The translations under genes were made by a program, and so were the position numbers. Below the pieces are notes generated by a model that worked only from the letters and a program-made list of their open reading frames with translations, made no database searches and had not been told where the DNA came from. Positions 46,558 through 57,150 of a stretch of 64,000 bases of DNA are shown here, piece after piece (position 1 is the first letter of the stretch; every line of letters starts with the position of its first letter). Location: the NCBI GenBank assembly GCA_016706865.1, contig JADJIS010000002.1:1236720-1300719 (forward strand), in the 5' to 3' direction. Source of the stretch: Bacteroidota bacterium (GTDB lineage: Bacteria > Bacteroidota > Bacteroidia > Chitinophagales > BACL12).

Positions 46558-47820
46558 ATGAAAACAAATTTTATCAGATCGATCGTTTTTTCTTTATTTG
46601 TATTTTGTACATTCCTTGGCGCACGGGCACAAAATGTATATTATATTTATTCCAACTCAACCGGAGGGCCTGAACCGTGGTTTACCACAACAAACACTAC
46701 TGCAATGAACACTACTTTTGGTGTGGAAGGCACTGATTGGTTCCGGAGGTATTTTGAAACGCTGGTTCCTGCTGCTATTTTCTCTCCTACAACATGTTTT
46801 GTTTTTTTGGAAGGAGGTGATAATCATGCAGATGAATTGGAAACATTTTTTCTGGCAAATAAACCACTCATTCAGTCATGGGTTGCTGCAGGAGGGAAAT
46901 TATTTATGAATGCAGCACCCAATGAAGGTGATGGAATGAGTTTCGGATTTGGAGGGGTATCTTTAAATTATCCATGGTATACTAGTTCTGTAACAGCTTT
47001 AATTCCGGCACATCCAATTTTTAACGGCCCTCATTTGCCGGTAGGCGCAGGCTGGAGCGGTTCTTCATTTAGTCACGCCACAATTTCCGGAGCCGGATTA
47101 ACAAAATTAATCGGAGATACTTTTGATCCAACACTAAGTGTGTTATCAGAATTAGCCTGGGGATCCGGAAAAGTTTTGTTCGGGGGAATGACTACAAATA
47201 ATTTTCATGAACCTGAGCTTGAATCGGCAAATTTGCGTGCAAATATTTTGGAATATCTTGCCTGTGAAGCAATTTGTATTCCTGAGGTTCCAGAAGGTTT
47301 ATATACTGACAATATAACCTCCACACAAGTGAAATTGCATTGGGATGCAATACCGGGAGTTGATAAATATGCAGCAAGTGTTTATACTGCGGCAGGAGTA
47401 TTTGTTGTTAAGAAAAAAACCAGTGCAACATTTGCCAATATTACCGGGTTGACACCAGGTACTGATTATTTATTTAAGGTGAGATCCATTTGTCTGGATG
47501 CCGGTACAATGTCATCATTTTCTGCACCATCATATTTCTCAACATTAATGAGATTGGGTGAAAATGAAAATGATATCGCCATTTATCCAAATCCATCTAA
47601 CGGGAATTTTTCGTTGAATATAACGAATGCAATAAATACTAATTACGATCTTACTATTATCAATTCATTGGGCCAAACCTTACTTTCAAGGGAATTAATT
47701 ATCAATGAATCTGATTTCAGTACCGAAATTAATATGGAAAATGTAACCCCTGGAATTTATATTGTTAATCTTAGAAACGATTTAACCAATATCAATTATT
47801 CTATTTTTATAACGGATTAA
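46558..47820 (+). CDS. T9SS cargo, minimal form: module B, FN3-like (F3), T9SS CTD
   Basis: Signal peptide, then directly VYYIYSNSTGGPEPWF...ANILEYLAC. VKLHWDAIPGVDKYAASVY is FN3-like. IYPNPSNGNFSLNI is the CTD. Confidence 0.8.
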   Translation: MKTNFIRSIVFSLFVFCTFLGARAQNVYYIYSNSTGGPEPWFTTTNTTAMNTTFGVEGTDWFRRYFETLVPAAIFSPTTCFVFLEGGDNHADELETFFLANKPLIQSWVAAGGKLFMNAAPNEGDGMSFGFGGVSLNYPWYTSSVTALIPAHPIFNGPHLPVGAGWSGSSFSHATISGAGLTKLIGDTFDPTLSVLSELAWGSGKVLFGGMTTNNFHEPELESANLRANILEYLACEAICIPEVPEGLYTDNITSTQVKLHWDAIPGVDKYAASVYTAAGVFVVKKKTSATFANITGLTPGTDYLFKVRSICLDAGTMSSFSAPSYFSTLMRLGENENDIAIYPNPSNGNFSLNITNAINTNYDLTIINSLGQTLLSRELIINESDFSTEINMENVTPGIYIVNLRNDLTNINYSIFITD

Positions 47821-47838
47821 ACCAAAAGTATTTTTATT

Positions 47839-47882
47839 AATTCCTGCAAGTTAAATTAATAATTTGCGGGAATTATTTTTTT
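47839..47882. terminator. Possible bidirectional terminator hairpin between convergent genes
   Basis: aattcctgcaa ... ttgcgggaatt (11 bp with one G-U pair, ~14-nt loop) followed by a T run that runs into the queE stop codon. Confidence 0.45.
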
Positions 47883-48480
47883 ACGGAACTTGTATAAATT
47901 TATGTATTTGAATGGAAATTTCCCAGACAGGATTTTGTTTTACATAATCAATTATAAGAGGCATTACTTCTTCGCGTTTGCTCCATTCGGGTTGGAGATA
48001 TAATTTACAATTTTTACCAACCATTTTTCGATTTTCTTCCGCCCAAACAAGATCACTTTTATTATATACCACCACCTTTAATTCATTTGCATGATTTGCA
48101 ACATCACTCAAAGGTTTTTTAAATTTTTTAGGCGAGAAGCATATCCAATCCCATTCTCCGGTTAACGGATATGCTCCGGATGTTTCCAGATTGATCTGAT
48201 ATTTATTTTCATGAAGAGATGATGTTAATTCTGTGAGATCATACATCAATGGCTCTCCACCGGTTATTACGATAATTTCTACGGGATATTTTTTGATATC
48301 CTCCATGATGGAGGATATACTTTTTAAAGGATGTTTTTCTGCATCCCAACTTTCTTTAACATCACACCAAACACAACCTACATCACATCCTCCCAAACGA
48401 ATAAAATATGCAGCTCTTCCCTGGTAAAATCCTTCACCCTGAATTGTGTAAAATTGTTCCATTACAGGAAGCTGGTTCAT
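47881..48480 (-). CDS. queE: 7-carboxy-7-deazaguanine synthase (radical SAM) QueE
   Basis: FYTIQGEGFYQGRAAYFIRLGGCDVGCVWCD contains the CxxxCxxC cluster. Confidence 0.9.
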   Translation of the reverse strand: MNQLPVMEQFYTIQGEGFYQGRAAYFIRLGGCDVGCVWCDVKESWDAEKHPLKSISSIMEDIKKYPVEIIVITGGEPLMYDLTELTSSLHENKYQINLETSGAYPLTGEWDWICFSPKKFKKPLSDVANHANELKVVVYNKSDLVWAEENRKMVGKNCKLYLQPEWSKREEVMPLIIDYVKQNPVWEISIQIHKFIQVP

Positions 48481-48491
48481 TTTTTAATTTA

Positions 48492-49379
48492 TTAATTTAG
48501 TTTACTATGTTGGTTGTTATAAGCTTTCATGGTATTCATCAAAAGTGAAATTACTGTCATCAAACCAACCCCACCAGGAACCGGTGAAATAGCGCTGCAT
48601 TTCGGAGCCACCTCGTTGAAATTTACATCACCTTTAATTAAATATCCTTTTTCATTATCTGCATCCACACGTGAAATACCTACATCGATCACAATTGCAC
48701 CTTCTTTAACCATATCTGCAGTTACAAATTCGGGTTTTCCCATTGCAGCAATTAAAATATCAGCTTGTAAACAAATTTCTTTTAAATTTTTTGAACGGCT
48801 ATGACATAAAGTAACCGTGCAATTTCCCGGATTATTATTCCTCGATAATAAAATACTTAAGGGTGTTCCAACAATATTACTTCTGCCAATTATCACACAA
48901 TGTTTACCTGATGTTTCAACATGGTATCTTTCTAACAGTGTTACAATTCCAGCCGGCGTTGCTGATACAAATGCAGGTAAACCTAATTGCATTCTGCCTA
49001 AATTAATGGGATGAAAACCATCGGCATCTTTATTGGGATCAATAGCCTCAATTATATTTGTTTCATTAATATGTTTTGGAAGAGGTAATTGAATAATAAA
49101 TCCATTAATATCGATGTTGCTATTCAGATCATGCACTACTTTTAACAGTTCCTTTTCGCTTATCGTTTCCGGAAGATGAATAAATGTAGATAACATGCCC
49201 ACAGCATTGCACAATTTAATTTTGCTCTGCACATACGTAGTACTCGCACCATCATTTCCCACTAAAACAGCTGCTAAATGCGGCAGTTTTTTCCAAGCAG
49301 CTTTTAATGCTTCAATTTCAGTTTTTATTTCAGCCTGAATTTCCTGCGATATTTTTTTTCCGTCGAGTATTAATGGCAT
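48492..49379 (-). CDS. folD: Bifunctional methylenetetrahydrofolate dehydrogenase / methenyl-THF cyclohydrolase FolD
   Basis: [11 protein letters not shown]...[42 protein letters not shown]. Confidence 0.95.
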   Translation of the reverse strand: MPLILDGKKISQEIQAEIKTEIEALKAAWKKLPHLAAVLVGNDGASTTYVQSKIKLCNAVGMLSTFIHLPETISEKELLKVVHDLNSNIDINGFIIQLPLPKHINETNIIEAIDPNKDADGFHPINLGRMQLGLPAFVSATPAGIVTLLERYHVETSGKHCVIIGRSNIVGTPLSILLSRNNNPGNCTVTLCHSRSKNLKEICLQADILIAAMGKPEFVTADMVKEGAIVIDVGISRVDADNEKGYLIKGDVNFNEVAPKCSAISPVPGGVGLMTVISLLMNTMKAYNNQHSKLN

Positions 49380-49550
49380 AAAAAGTTTTTGTTCAGGGGT
49401 CAGGGGTCAAGAGTCATTAGTCAGGAGTCAATAGTCATTAGTCAGGAGTAAAAACATCCGGCTCATGTGGATCAATCTCACCACTCACTACTCACTCAGA
49501 GTCAATGGTCAGTGGTGAGTGGTGAGTATGCTCCAACCTGGATTTAAACT

Positions 49551-49634
49551 CAGAACTCAGAACCCAGAACCCAGAACCCAGAACTCAGAACCCAGAACTC
49601 AGAACCCAGAACTCAGAACCCAGAACTCAAAACT
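49551..49634. repeat. Tandem heptamers CAGAACY (~12 copies) just 3' of lepA
   Basis: cagaactcagaacccagaacccagaacccagaactcagaacc... It is preceded at 49393-49449 by GGTCAGG/GTCATTAGTCAGGAG blocks and at 49477-49526 by a 12-bp perfect stem (ctcaccactcac/gtgagtggtgag). Confidence 0.9.
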
Positions 49635-49640
49635 CTCCCA

Positions 49641-51434
49641 TCAATCCTCATTCAATTTCAACACTGCTAAAAACGCTTCCTGAGGCACTTCTACAGTTCC
49701 AATCTGACGCATGCGTTTTTTTCCTTTCTTTTGTTTTTCCAATAATTTTCTTTTTCTGGAAATATCACCACCATAACATTTTGCGGTAACATCTTTACGC
49801 ATCGCACTTATTGTTTCTCTCGCAATAATTTTAGCTCCAATGGCTGCCTGAATCGCAATAACGAATTGTTGTTTAGGTAATAGCTCTTTTAATTTTGCAC
49901 ATAACCTGCTGCCGAATTCATATGCTTTATCCCGGTGAATTAATGCTGAAAATGCATCCACATTTTCCCCGTTTAATTTTATATCTAATTTTATAAGATC
50001 GCCTTCGCGGTAATCTATTAATTCATAATCGAAACTGGCATAACCGCGGGAAATGGATTTTAATTTATCGTAAAAATCAAATACAATTTCCGTTAAGGGC
50101 ATCTCCCAGATTAATTCAACACGTGTTGTGGTGAGATATATTTGGTTTAATAAAATACCTCTTTTGTCCATACATAATTTCATGATGGTCCCAATATAAT
50201 CGGGAGCAGTAATTACCTGAGCTCTTATATAAGGTTCCTCTATATGATCGATATATGCAGGATCCGGAAGATCGGTTGGATTATGCACTACGATCTTTTT
50301 TCCGCCTGTGGTAAAACAATCAAACGATACGTTTGGAACGGTAATGATCACATTTTGATCAAATTCACGTTCGAGTCTTTCTGTAATAATTTCAAGATGC
50401 AATAAACCTAAAAAGCCGCATCGAAAACCAAATCCTAAAGCGACAGAACTTTCGGGTTCAAAAATGAGAGACGCATCATTTAATTGTAATTTCTCAATTG
50501 CATCGCGCAAACCTTCATAATCGTCATTATCGATTGGATAAACTCCCGCAAATACCATCGGTTTCACATCTTTAAATCCCTCCACTATATTACTGCAAGG
50601 ATTATTTTTAAGTGTGATGGTATCACCAACCTTTATCTCTTTTGCTTCTTTAATTCCCGTAATAATATATCCAACATCGCCGGCTTTAACTGCATCTCTT
50701 GGTTCATATAATAAACGAAGAATACCCACTTCATTTGCCTCGTAATCATTTTCAGTATTTACAAATTTTACACGGTCGCCTTTTTTTAACGTGCCCTGAA
50801 AAATTCTGTAATATGCAACCACTCCCCGGTATGAATTAAATACCGAATCAAATATCAATGCCTGAAGCGGTGCAGTTTCGCTGCCTTTAGGAGCAGGTAC
50901 TCTGTGAATAATAGCGTCCAGAATTTTTTCAATACCAAGTCCTGTTTTACCACTTGCTTCCAGAATACTTTCGCGACTACAACCAATAAGATCAACTACC
51001 TGATCCTTCACCTCCTCGATCATTGCACCATCCATATCAATTTTATTAATTATCGGGATGATCTCAAGATTGTGTTCTATTGCGAGATAAAGATTTGATA
51101 TGGTTTGCGCCTGAATACCCTGAGTAGCATCCACCAACAACAATGCACCTTCACAGGCTGCAATACTTCTGGAAACTTCATAACTGAAGTCAACATGGCC
51201 GGGTGTATCGATCAGGTTCAATACGTATTCTTTTCCCTCATAGTGAAAATCCATTTGAATGGCATGGCTCTTTATTGTGATACCACGTTCACGCTCAATA
51301 TCCATATCATCCAACACCTGTGCCTTGGAATCCCTTTCAGAAACAGTATGTGTAACCTCTAATAACCTGTCGGCCAATGTACTTTTTCCATGATCAATAT
51401 GTGCTATTATGCAAAAATTTCTTATATTCTCCAT
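49641..51434 (-). CDS. lepA: Elongation factor 4 (LepA)
   Basis: [34 protein letters not shown]. Length is 597 aa. Confidence 0.97.
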   Translation of the reverse strand: MENIRNFCIIAHIDHGKSTLADRLLEVTHTVSERDSKAQVLDDMDIERERGITIKSHAIQMDFHYEGKEYVLNLIDTPGHVDFSYEVSRSIAACEGALLLVDATQGIQAQTISNLYLAIEHNLEIIPIINKIDMDGAMIEEVKDQVVDLIGCSRESILEASGKTGLGIEKILDAIIHRVPAPKGSETAPLQALIFDSVFNSYRGVVAYYRIFQGTLKKGDRVKFVNTENDYEANEVGILRLLYEPRDAVKAGDVGYIITGIKEAKEIKVGDTITLKNNPCSNIVEGFKDVKPMVFAGVYPIDNDDYEGLRDAIEKLQLNDASLIFEPESSVALGFGFRCGFLGLLHLEIITERLEREFDQNVIITVPNVSFDCFTTGGKKIVVHNPTDLPDPAYIDHIEEPYIRAQVITAPDYIGTIMKLCMDKRGILLNQIYLTTTRVELIWEMPLTEIVFDFYDKLKSISRGYASFDYELIDYREGDLIKLDIKLNGENVDAFSALIHRDKAYEFGSRLCAKLKELLPKQQFVIAIQAAIGAKIIARETISAMRKDVTAKCYGGDISRKRKLLEKQKKGKKRMRQIGTVEVPQEAFLAVLKLNED

Positions 51435-51636
51435 CTTTCCTTACTTACCTTTTTCAATCAGGTGCAAAGGTAATTAAAAGAGAGGCCTTCGTATAACTGA
51501 AAAACAAGGAGTTCGTGTTATAGTAAAATTTACAATTTACGAGTTGATTTAGGTTGATCCGGAACGGTCTGAATAAATTTAAGTTCCTATATTTGCGGCG
51601 CTTATCAGCACAACAATTTATTAAACCAGACTACAT

Positions 51637-52170
51637 ATGACGCATAATTATCAATCTGCCTCCATGCCCAAAAGAACTATAGCTTACCTTATAGATTCCA
51701 TTTTAATTATCGCAGTTGTTTCTGCATTTTTATTTGTTCGTATGGGAAAAACCGATGCGGAGGCTTTTATAGACGAAGGAAAGCCTGGATTAGCGGATAA
51801 GTATCCGTTTGTAGCAACTGCAGAAGCTGTTATTTTTGATCCGCAACGAATGGTGTATATGGAAAGCTTCTTAAAAAATTACACCTTGGATGCCTTGATA
51901 GGACTGCTTTTATTACCAATGCTCTATTTTATCTTTTTTGAAGGAATATGGGGAGGCACCATTGGAAAACTACTTTTAGGTATCAGAGTTCGCCGCAAGG
52001 ACGGAGGAAAGATCAATTTTGGGATTTCCTTTATACGTTTTTTAGGCAAAATAGTTTCGACAATACCATTTTTTCTAGGCTTTATTTTGGCCTTTTTCGA
52101 TAAAAAACATCAAACTCTGCACGACAAGATAGCCAATACCCTGGTTTTGAATAAAGGCACGGGGATTTAG
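51637..52170 (+). CDS. RDD-family membrane protein
   Basis: Three TM segments, GIRVRRKDGG and HQTLHDKIANTLV, typical of RDD domains. Confidence 0.8.
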   Translation: MTHNYQSASMPKRTIAYLIDSILIIAVVSAFLFVRMGKTDAEAFIDEGKPGLADKYPFVATAEAVIFDPQRMVYMESFLKNYTLDALIGLLLLPMLYFIFFEGIWGGTIGKLLLGIRVRRKDGGKINFGISFIRFLGKIVSTIPFFLGFILAFFDKKHQTLHDKIANTLVLNKGTGI

Positions 52171-52253
52171 GACACGGGACGCGGGACACGGGATTGACAC
52201 AGGACATGGGAGGCGGACTCGGGATACGTATCAGGTATCAAGTATCGGGTATC

Positions 52254-52392
52254 AGGAAAACAAATGGTGAGATTGGGTAAAATTTCGCAAGAAATTTAAA
52301 CTCCTTTTAGGAAGTAGGAAATAGGACCTAAGAAATAGGAAAACAAACGGTGGGATTGGGTAAAATTTCGCATGAAATTTAAATTCCTTTTA
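52254..52392. repeat. Direct repeat of a ~56-nt unit, two copies starting 83 bp apart, each with an internal 7-bp hairpin (aaatttc-gca(a/t)-gaaattt)
   Basis: aggaaaacaaatggtgagattgggtaaaatttcgcaagaaatttaaactcctttta is at 52254-52309, and a near-identical copy is at 52337-52392. Heptamer arrays flank it at 52170-52255 and 52410-52488. Confidence 0.85.
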
Positions 52393-52494
52393 TCATTAAT
52401 CGGCTGTTTAATTATCAATTATCAATTGTCAATTATCAATTGTCAATTAATTATTGGCTGTTTAATTCTCAACTCTCAATTCTCAATTATTTTT

Positions 52495-54645
52495 TCACCA
52501 TTTCAATCGCACCTGCAATTTAAAATCACTTCGTGTAGACCCGGGAAAAGTATTATCGCCGCTTCCTATTTCATCCATTTCTGAGTACCAGGTATTACTC
52601 ACTCTGGCCCAGATATCCATCCATTTGGTGGGGGAGTAGGTTACCAATAAATAGGTTCTTGTTCCATGACCTGCTAAACCAATTATGGAGTATGCGTATA
52701 AAACTTCTGTTTCGTAGGTATAAATTCTGGTGTTGTAACTATCGGTATTAAAAATGGCAAATCGTGTTGCAAAACCAAAAGGACTGCTTAACGGATGATA
52801 ATTAAAATCCTGGAATGCGAGATATCCTTTTTCAGGAAGACCTAATTGTTCGTCGTAAAAACTAACTTCAATTCTCGATTTTAATGTAAGAGATTTACTT
52901 ACATCATAATCAGCATGCCAGCGAATTGTTGCTTTTTCTAATTCTGTTATTTCATTTAAAATAACATCATCTTCTAAAAGATCTGATGATGCATTTCTGT
53001 CGCTCACTTCACGTTTAAAACGCAAGTAGGTTTCAAAAGCTCTGGAAGGTTGCCAGGAAATTTGTGTTAAAACATCAGTACCATAGGAGGGTGCATCAGC
53101 GCGAAATTCGAGCCATTGGTGTTTATAGATATCAATATAACCGCTGAATTTCCATCCTCGCATTGGTTTAATTTCAGTTCCGAAATAGGTGCCTCTTTCG
53201 TTTTGCGGTGTTGGTCCGTCGGAAAAAGTTTCTGCGTAAAGCGTTTGATATTCAGGAGAGAAATAACGATGAACTATTGCAATATCTATTTTTGGATCTA
53301 CAGGCATTACCAAACCGGTTAATGTTGCACCTTTTAAATTATCAGATACTGCTGCCTCGCCGAATATTAAAATATTTCTCCATAAAAAATTATAATGCAC
53401 GCTGCTGTTCAATAAATTTGTTCCAGTAAAATCATATACATTATAAAGGTCGGGCGTTTTTATTATTGGAGAGGAAAGATGAAAGTATACTGCTGAGATT
53501 CCGGCATTAAATTGTCCTTTGTAATATGTTGCGTCGAAACCTGCAACGGTTTCATGAATTGCATTTTTATTTTCCAATTCATTATCGGTTCTGTGTAATC
53601 CGCTGTCGTCAATATTGGAAACCTGTAAAACTTCCTCATCTGTTGTATCTATCAAAGAAACATTTGCATCTAAATTTTTATAGGATGCAAATGCAGTTAC
53701 ATATACATTTTTAAATGCATAGGTTGCACCGGCTCCGCGCATGAATCTGTTTTCATTGGTGGATGTATAGGCATCAAGAACCGGTCCCGCTCTTCGCACT
53801 GCAACAGGATAAACACTTTTTCCGAAACCAAATCCACTCCACATAATTAATCCCTGGCCCATTCGTAATTCATAATCGCCTAATGCAAGTGCCTTTAATC
53901 TACCAGAACTTTTTTTAAAAAAATGTGCGGAATAATAATCAAAGCCCTGTGGTTGAGTGGGACCAAAAATTGCTTCGCCGGCATCTTTTTCGGCTGTTAT
54001 ACCGTAACTCAATTTATTGTTGTAATTGTACCTGAGTCTGGTATAAATACGTGAATTATTTCCATAATAGGTAGTTGCACCCAAACTATCTTCTTCATAT
54101 CCATCTTGTAATTCGATATAGCGCCCAATACGGAAAAAATATTGGTAATCGCCAAGATATAATTGTTTAATAAAAGGTTCTGAGGGTTTGTTGGATCCAC
54201 TATACGAAATAAAGGGTTTCAAACGATTAATATCTTCAAGCGAAAATGATGCAATGGTTTGCAGCTCGTAAATATTTACAATTTCCCCATATACTTCAAT
54301 ATGACGTAAAAGATCGCGAATTTGCAATTCGGTAAATAAAGTGGTATTGCGCAATTCCGTGCCCGTTGCCTTATTTATATTTATGGGGTTTTTTAATAAT
54401 GCATTGAGATTTTCCTGATACGTATCGATGGAGATATCGGTATTATCAATTTTTTCTGCAGCATCTTCTAAAATATCTCCTTCCAATAATCTTCCTTCAC
54501 CATTATTTTCCTGCGCGAATAAAAGGGAACTATTAAAAAGAAAAAAAGCAGAAAGCAAAAAAGAAAAAACATAAATATCTTTAAAGGTTCCGAAAAATCC
54601 GGAAGCTGTTTTTTTTAATTTGATGTGTATGTTTCGTTGCTGCAT
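52495..54645 (-). CDS. Helix-hairpin-helix (ComEA-like) domain protein with a large C-terminal beta-rich (outer-membrane-like) region
   Basis: Signal peptide. NININKATGTELRNTTLFTELQIRDLLRHIEVYGEIVNIYELQTI is HhH-like. The remainder has alternating aromatic/Gly beta-strand patterns and ends ...FKLQVRLKW. Confidence 0.6.
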   Translation of the reverse strand: MQQRNIHIKLKKTASGFFGTFKDIYVFSFLLSAFFLFNSSLLFAQENNGEGRLLEGDILEDAAEKIDNTDISIDTYQENLNALLKNPININKATGTELRNTTLFTELQIRDLLRHIEVYGEIVNIYELQTIASFSLEDINRLKPFISYSGSNKPSEPFIKQLYLGDYQYFFRIGRYIELQDGYEEDSLGATTYYGNNSRIYTRLRYNYNNKLSYGITAEKDAGEAIFGPTQPQGFDYYSAHFFKKSSGRLKALALGDYELRMGQGLIMWSGFGFGKSVYPVAVRRAGPVLDAYTSTNENRFMRGAGATYAFKNVYVTAFASYKNLDANVSLIDTTDEEVLQVSNIDDSGLHRTDNELENKNAIHETVAGFDATYYKGQFNAGISAVYFHLSSPIIKTPDLYNVYDFTGTNLLNSSVHYNFLWRNILIFGEAAVSDNLKGATLTGLVMPVDPKIDIAIVHRYFSPEYQTLYAETFSDGPTPQNERGTYFGTEIKPMRGWKFSGYIDIYKHQWLEFRADAPSYGTDVLTQISWQPSRAFETYLRFKREVSDRNASSDLLEDDVILNEITELEKATIRWHADYDVSKSLTLKSRIEVSFYDEQLGLPEKGYLAFQDFNYHPLSSPFGFATRFAIFNTDSYNTRIYTYETEVLYAYSIIGLAGHGTRTYLLVTYSPTKWMDIWARVSNTWYSEMDEIGSGDNTFPGSTRSDFKLQVRLKW

Positions 54646-54648
54646 GTA

Positions 54649-55467
54649 TTAAAAATTATAACTCATACCGAGTCCGGGAGTTAGCCCGAGTTGTTGATGA
54701 AATTGAGCGCTGAGGTCCAATTTCAATTCTTTTATCTTAACACCTAATCCGCTCGTGAACATAGAGGGATTTGAAATATATCCTCCTCTCAAATATAATT
54801 GTTCTACAATATGATATTCAATTCCGCCTTTTGCCCTGAGGTCGTTATTAATAGTTTGTTCACCTTCCAAACAAATTAATAATTTTTCGGAGGGTTGATA
54901 TGCAATGCCTACATTTATGATGGAAGGTAATTCTTCTTCATAAGTTAATCCGGTTTTTGCGCGAATAGGATTAAATGTTTTTGCACCAATGGTGAGACTT
55001 TTTACAGGTTTATATAAAATTCCGATATCGAAAGTAAATGCTGCACCGCTTCCAACTTCAATTGTTTTTGTTCCAACATAATCCAATTGCAAACCGATCG
55101 AAACATTTTCCGCCAATTTTCTTCCGTAGCCGATACCGATTTGTGTTTGATTAAAGGTATTATCACCAAAATAATTTATACTGGCACCAAATACACCCTG
55201 TTCTTTAAAGGGTAAAGCAAAAACACCGTGATGTGCTCCAATTCCGCCCTCCACAAGAAAATAGTTTTGTGTGCTTAATCCGGCAGTGATATCCTCTACA
55301 TAAGCCAATGCCGAAGGATTGTTTTGAGCACTATACACATCCTGAAGAGTTACTGATGCATTTCCCATTGCATTTGCCCTGCTTCCAGCATCACTATAGC
55401 CGGTTTGAGCGGCTGCAGTCAACGGTATCAAGCATAGTATTCCGAACAGAAATTGTATGTGGTTCAT
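54649..55467 (-). CDS. Outer-membrane beta-barrel protein, PorV/PorQ-like (T9SS-associated family)
   Basis: Signal peptide. GSRANAMGNASVTLQDVYSAQNNPSALA resembles the conserved N-terminal motif of PorQ/PorV-type barrels. The C-terminal residue is F. There is a 3-nt gap to the downstream HhH gene. Confidence 0.5.
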   Translation of the reverse strand: MNHIQFLFGILCLIPLTAAAQTGYSDAGSRANAMGNASVTLQDVYSAQNNPSALAYVEDITAGLSTQNYFLVEGGIGAHHGVFALPFKEQGVFGASINYFGDNTFNQTQIGIGYGRKLAENVSIGLQLDYVGTKTIEVGSGAAFTFDIGILYKPVKSLTIGAKTFNPIRAKTGLTYEEELPSIINVGIAYQPSEKLLICLEGEQTINNDLRAKGGIEYHIVEQLYLRGGYISNPSMFTSGLGVKIKELKLDLSAQFHQQLGLTPGLGMSYNF

Positions 55468-55731
55468 AAGGGTAAAGATAGTTTAAATTGAATACCTGTT
55501 TATATTCTCTATATTAACAAATATAAATATTTTTAACAGAACAAGAAAACAAAAGTGCTTGGGTGGTTGCTTCACCCTAGGATTTTCTCAGCAGTGTATC
55601 TCCACTGATTCTATAATTGTGAGGGGTTGCTGATGTTCCGATCTTCAACATCTAAATTATCAACAATCCGGCAGAATCACCGATCTATTCCCCCAAAAAA
55701 CTATTAACTTTATTAGATCAAATTTATTAAA

Positions 55732-57150
55732 ATGAAACATTTAATTTTCACTCTGCTTTTCATCAAAATACTAAATATTAATGCACAAACCGACACGGTA
55801 AATATCAGTTATATTTCTGAATATTATTTTGACCATCCCTTTCTTCCATATTCTGCTTATACTTCCGTGTTTAATAAAAATGATGCACCTTATATTTATT
55901 CTGCTTGTCGCGAATTGGGTATTGTTACTTTTGATATTAGTGATATTAATGATCCGATACCCGTTGATACAATTGGCACTGCTTCTTTAAATGGTTTGTT
56001 GCCAACAAATCTCAAACAAACCGGAAATTATTTATATTGTTCCTTAGGTGGATATGATGGATTTTTTCCACAAAAACCCGGCTTGGCTATTTTAGATCTG
56101 AGTAATCCTTCAAGTCCGGAGGTTACAGATATTTGGGATACCATTATTTTTGATCAGGGTGCAGCCATTGCAATTTCAGATGGTGAATTTGCATATCTCG
56201 GTGCAATGGATGATGGTGTAATTTTATTGAATGTAAATAATAAAAACGACATCAAATTTATTTCCTCTATTTTACCTGATCCTGATTTCCCCGAGGTTGC
56301 AGGAATTTTTTCCTCCCCAAATGCAAGAGGATTATCCTTATATGGTTCTGATAAATTAATGGTTGCTAACGATGCCGGGGGATTGCGTATGATTGATATT
56401 AGTGATAAAGAAAATCCCGTGGAAATTGGGAAATATGTTAATATGGGAATTGAAGATATTGCACAATCAGCTTATAATAATATTGTAATTGTTGATCATT
56501 ACGCATACATACCGGTGGATATGTGTGGGTTGGATGTTGTTGACATATCAGATGAAGAAATGGAAACAATTTATTGGTTCAATCCCTGGAATTGTGATAG
56601 TAGTAATTGGATTGGCAGGCCGGGTCACACTAACGAAATTGAAGTTGTGGGTGATAGTTTATTGTTTGTTTCAGGAGGAGATTCTGAATTGTTGATATTT
56701 GATATTACAAACAGAGAAAATCCGGTATTTGTTGGTGAATATATTAATGAATTTGACAGTATAGTAGCATGGGGTGTTGATGTGCATGAAAATTATGTTT
56801 CCTTGGCTTTAGTGAATAATGAAATTGTGCAGATACCCTATTATTCCAATATTGGGGGGATAACTATTTTAGAATGGGATGCAATTCCCTACGTTTCCAT
56901 TTTCAATACAGAAAGAAATAGGATCGATATAGAAATTTCTCCCAATCCTGCTGATAATTTAATACAAATACAAAGTAATTTACTGTGGCAAAATTGCGAT
57001 ATAATTGATGTAAACGGGCGGGCTATTAAACATGTTGAATATACGAGTTCCATTGATTGCATAAATATGGAAAATGGATTTTATTTACTGCGGTTTTTTG
57101 ATGGGGAATCACAACTAATTGGCACAGGTAAATTTATAGTTCAACACTAA
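55732..57150 (+). CDS. LVIVD-repeat beta-propeller protein with a T9SS C-terminal sorting domain
   Basis: Repeated ...G(L/I)xxxDISDxxxPxxVG pattern (GIVTFDISDINDPIPV, GLAILDLSNPSSPEV, GLRMIDISDKENPVEIG, LLIFDITNRENPVFVG). The C-terminal ISPNPADNLIQIQ...GFYLLRF is the CTD. Confidence 0.75.
   Translation: MKHLIFTLLFIKILNINAQTDTVNISYISEYYFDHPFLPYSAYTSVFNKNDAPYIYSACRELGIVTFDISDINDPIPVDTIGTASLNGLLPTNLKQTGNYLYCSLGGYDGFFPQKPGLAILDLSNPSSPEVTDIWDTIIFDQGAAIAISDGEFAYLGAMDDGVILLNVNNKNDIKFISSILPDPDFPEVAGIFSSPNARGLSLYGSDKLMVANDAGGLRMIDISDKENPVEIGKYVNMGIEDIAQSAYNNIVIVDHYAYIPVDMCGLDVVDISDEEMETIYWFNPWNCDSSNWIGRPGHTNEIEVVGDSLLFVSGGDSELLIFDITNRENPVFVGEYINEFDSIVAWGVDVHENYVSLALVNNEIVQIPYYSNIGGITILEWDAIPYVSIFNTERNRIDIEISPNPADNLIQIQSNLLWQNCDIIDVNGRAIKHVEYTSSIDCINMENGFYLLRFFDGESQLIGTGKFIVQH

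Noticed and set aside
35497-47820. Diversity-generating retroelement (DGR) as the source of paralogue variation in the T9SS array
   Set aside because: There is no reverse transcriptase or template-repeat/variable-repeat pair in the window. Differences between the near-identical tracts are spread over all four bases rather than concentrated at adenines, as far as can be judged by eye.
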